Source: Leucoraja erinacea (lineage: Eukaryota). From it: a stretch of 64,000 bases of DNA. The DNA lies in the NCBI RefSeq assembly GCF_028641065.1, contig NC_073382.1, positions 11,408,001 through 11,472,000 on the forward strand, written 5' to 3'. Below the pieces are notes generated by a model. The model was not told the origin of the DNA. It was given only the letters and a program-made list of their open reading frames with translations, and searched no databases. Positions within the stretch are counted from its first letter, which is position 1. The number at the start of each line of letters is the position of its first letter. This document shows, one piece after another, positions 60,800-64,000 of this stretch. Position numbers and translations under genes: made by a program.

Positions 60800-61620
60800 C
60801 GGGCGGAGAATTTGCAGATGGAGTTTAATTCGGACAAATGTGAAGTGATGTCAACTGGAAGGTCAAATGCAAGAGAAAAGCATACAGTCAATGGCAGGAC
60901 CTTTAAGGGCACAGACTGGTCTTGTTATAGTTCCTTGGAAGTAACAGCATAAGTGGATAGAGTGACAAAGAAGGTGTACAGCATGTCAGTTCTGATCGCC
61001 ACACTATAGGAGACTTTGGGTGGGTCCAGAGGAGATTCTCCAGAGTATTCTCCAAAATGTTGCTCTGATTTGGAGAATATTTGCTATAAAATTAGTTTGG
61101 ACAAACTTGGATTATCTCTTCTGGAGCAACAGAGACTGAAGGGCAACCTGATAGAAATATATGGATGCTCGTGAGGAAATGTCCAAATGTTTACGCCCCT
61201 GTCCCACTTAGGAAACCTGAACGGAAACCTCTGGAGACTTTGCGCCCTACCCAAGGTTTCCGTGAGGTTCCCGGAGGTTGCATGTGGTTGCCGGAGGTTG
61301 CAGGTAGTGGAAGCAGGTAGGGAGACTGACAAAAACCTCCGGGAACCTCCGGGAACCGCACAGAAACCTTTGGTGGGGCGCAAAGTCTCCAGAGGTTTCC
61401 GTTCAGGTTTTCCAAGTGGGACAGGGGCATTAAGGAGATTTGTGAGACAAGATTTGAGAGGCTGCCAGGGGTAGAGGTAGATGCAAATACAATAGCAATT
61501 TGTAACAGTTTTTTGACAGATGCGTGAGCAGGGAATGAACTATGGGATTAGTTTATATTGGCCTCGTGTTTGGAGCAGTCCTGGTGAGTCATGGGGCTGT
61601 TCCTCTGCTTTTTTATGTTT
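60800..61620 (+). mobile_element. Old CR1 remnant hosting a MITE
   Basis: gcagatggagtttaattcggacaaatgtgaagtg; ctggagcaacagagactgaagggcaacctgataga. Confidence 0.65.
61194..61429. mobile_element. PIF/Harbinger-type (Tourist-like) MITE
   Basis: About 85 bp near-perfect terminal inverted repeats gcccctgtcccactt.. / ..aagtgggacaggggc; TTA TSD at 61191-61193 and 61430-61432. Confidence 0.85.
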
Positions 61621-62173
61621 GATGATTGATATACAATTTGGAAGTTGAGGAATAGCATCTGGAGGCTCGGATGCTCCATTCAACATCTTTGAGATCAGTT
61701 GGTGTTAATTGGAAACCTATCTTACAATAATTATTGTCAGAGTCATCATGACATTTTAAGCATTAGTCACTATGTATCAGGAATAATATCTTGAGAGTAT
61801 AGTTGGGTTGCTTATTGCATTAGCATGTGGAAACCTGGATTATTCATACTGAGACACGATTTCAAATGTCACCACCCAAATAATTAAATAATTTTGGAAC
61901 AAATATAATAATCTGGGGGGACTTTAACAAAGCTAACCTCAGCAGGGACTTTCCAAAGTACAGACTTCAGGTTTCCTGCCCCACCAGAGAGGAGAGAACA
62001 TTTGACCACTGTTACATGTCAATCAAGACGCATATTGCTCAGTTCCCCGGGCGGATCTGGGTCTCTCTGATCATTGTCTACTTCACCTTATTCCGACCTA
62101 CAGGCAGAAACTAAAATTATTAGCCCGAACAACGAAACGGTGGCAGAAACTGAAAATATCCTGTTTTGACTGC

Positions 62174-63108
62174 CTGAAGAAGCGGTTCTGGAGAAAAACG
62201 GGTTGCATCTATGTAGCGAAGGAAATTCCTTCGCTTCATAGAAGAAGGGTTGCTGCCCACCCGCTGATTTCCTTCGCTCCATAGATGCTGCTGCACCCGC
62301 TGAATTTCTCCAGCATTTTTGTGTACCTTCGATTTTCCAGCATCTGCAGTTCATAGAAACATAGAAACATAGAAATTAGGTGCAGGAGTAGGCCATTCGG
62401 CCCTTCGAGCCTGCACTGCCATTCAATATGATCATGGCTGATCATCCAACTCAGTATTCCGTACCTGCCTTCTCTCCATACCCTCTGATCCCCTTAGCCA
62501 CAAGGGCCACATCTAACTCCCTCTTAAATATAGCCAATGAACTGGCCTCAAACTACCCTCTGTGGCAGAGAGTTCCAGAGATTCACCATTCTCTGTGTGA
62601 AAAAAGTTCTTCCCATCTCGGTTTTAAAGGATTTCCCCCTTATCCTTAAGCTGTGACCCCTTGTCCTGGACTTCCCTAACATTGGGAACAATCTTCCTGC
62701 TTCTAGCCTGTCCAACCCCTTAAGAATTTTGTAAGTTTCTATAAGATCCCCTCTCAATCTCCTAAATTCTAGAGAGTATAAACCAAGTCTATCCAGTCTT
62801 TCTTCATAAGACAGACCTGACATCCCAGGAATCAGTCTGGTGAACCGTCTCTGCACTCCCTCTATGGCAATAATGTCCCTCCTCAGATTTGGAGACCAAA
62901 ACTGTACGCAATACTCCAGGTGTGGTCTCACCAAGACCCTGTACAACTGCAGTAGAACCTCCCTGCTCCTATACTCAAATCCTTTTGCAATGAAAGCTAA
63001 CATAACATTCGCTTTCTTTACTGCCTGCTACACCTGCATGCCTACCTTCAATGATTGGTGTACCATGACACCCAGGTCTCGCTGCATCTCCCCCTTTCCT
63101 TCTTAAAC
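62174..63108. mobile_element. pLTR insertion split by a CR1 3' end (about 62353-63095, minus)
   Basis: agcatctgcagttc | atagaaacatag... | ttccttcttaaaca; CR1 ORF LYRVLVRPHLEYCVQFWSP. Confidence 0.85.
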
Positions 63109-63567
63109 AAAGGATTGGAATGTGTTCAGGGAAGCAACCACAAGCCTCGATGAGTATACATACACTGTATCATCATATGTCAGCTTTTCCATTCCAACTG
63201 GGACCCGGACCTGGTTCAACAACGACAAGCCCTGGTTTACTGCAGAACTCCGACAGCTCCGACAGTCTAAAGAGGAGGCCTACAGGAGTGGGGATGCAGA
63301 CCTCTACAGGCAGGCAAAGTACAAGCTGTGAAGAGGAATCAGAGTTGCCAAGGAAAGGTACTCTGAGAAGTTGAGGAGCAGGTTCTCAGCTAGTGACTCT
63401 TCTTCAGTTTGGAAGGGCTTGCAAGAAATCACCAGCTACCGGAGGAAACCTCCCCCGCTCTTTCGACAATCGTCAGCTGACCAACAACCTGAATAACTTC
63501 TACTGCAGGTTTCACAAGCAGAAACGTAACCATGATACTCCCTTCCCCCCCTCCCCAACCAACATTG

Positions 63568-63771
63568 GTTTTTGTTGTTGTTTTTGTTTTCCCCCCCACT
63601 TTATTTATTTATCTATTTATTTATTTATTTATTTATTTTTGTCGTTATTTTTTGTTTTGTTTCATTCTGCTTACATGTTTTTTATTCAGTTACTAAATTT
63701 TGTAAGGTGTCCTTGAGACTCTTGAAAGGCGCCCATAAATAAAATTTATTATTATTATTGCAGGTATTATT
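63568..63771 (+). mobile_element. Short 5'-truncated insertion with the same (ATT)n tail as 785-1776
   Basis: gtaaggtgtccttgagactcttgaaaggcgcccataaataaaatttattatt; candidate TSD aacattg at 63561-63567 and 63772-63778. Confidence 0.65.
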
Positions 63772-64000
63772 AACATTGCCAGACTGCACACTGCAAAGAC
63801 TGGACCCTTCTACACCCACTTCTCCCCAATCACCACTTCACACTTACTTAAAGCAAGACTCCAGTCTGAAAAGATTGGACCCTTTCCCATCCACCCCTCT
63901 CCCATCACCACTTAACACCCAATTACAGACTGGCTGCAAAAGACTGCGGACTCATCCCGTACCCACCCCTTCCGTGCTATACAACATCATTTCTCCATCA

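Larger units (their letters stand above)
61905..64000 (+). mobile_element. Rex1-type LINE (APE end and linker) interrupted by nested insertions
   Basis: GDFNKANL..CPTREERTFDHCY, LGLSDHCL; resumes at about 63109 with DWNVFREA..FNNDKPWFTAELRQLR. Confidence 0.75.

Overview
This is eukaryotic vertebrate DNA, most likely from a cartilaginous fish (skate/ray-like, inferred from HE1-type SINEs and the CR1, Rex1 and Penelope repeat mix). The only credible protein-coding gene is the intronless SoxB1 transcription factor Sox1 (45167..46186, minus strand). It lies in a CpG-rich, nearly transposon-free zone (about 42.25-57.35 kb) with a recognisable promoter and 3' UTR. The rest is gene desert filled with decayed CR1 and Rex1/Babar LINEs, HE1 SINEs, Penelope-like elements, one non-autonomous Helitron, two DNA-transposon MITEs, low-complexity tracts and two assembly gaps. 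The most notable observations are: (1) about 20 dispersed 90-250 bp Penelope pLTR-derived mini-elements carrying a minimal hammerhead-ribozyme-like core, several with their own 11-14 bp target-site duplications (TSDs); (2) non-coding GC-rich retroposons that share a hairpin core but have different LINE tails; (3) several highly decayed minisatellites; (4) a pure (GGA)12 poly-Gly tract in Sox1. There are no prokaryotic systems, CRISPR arrays, rRNA genes or genuine tRNA genes. Repeat family names come from motif recognition by eye, not database searches, and most repeat boundaries are approximate.
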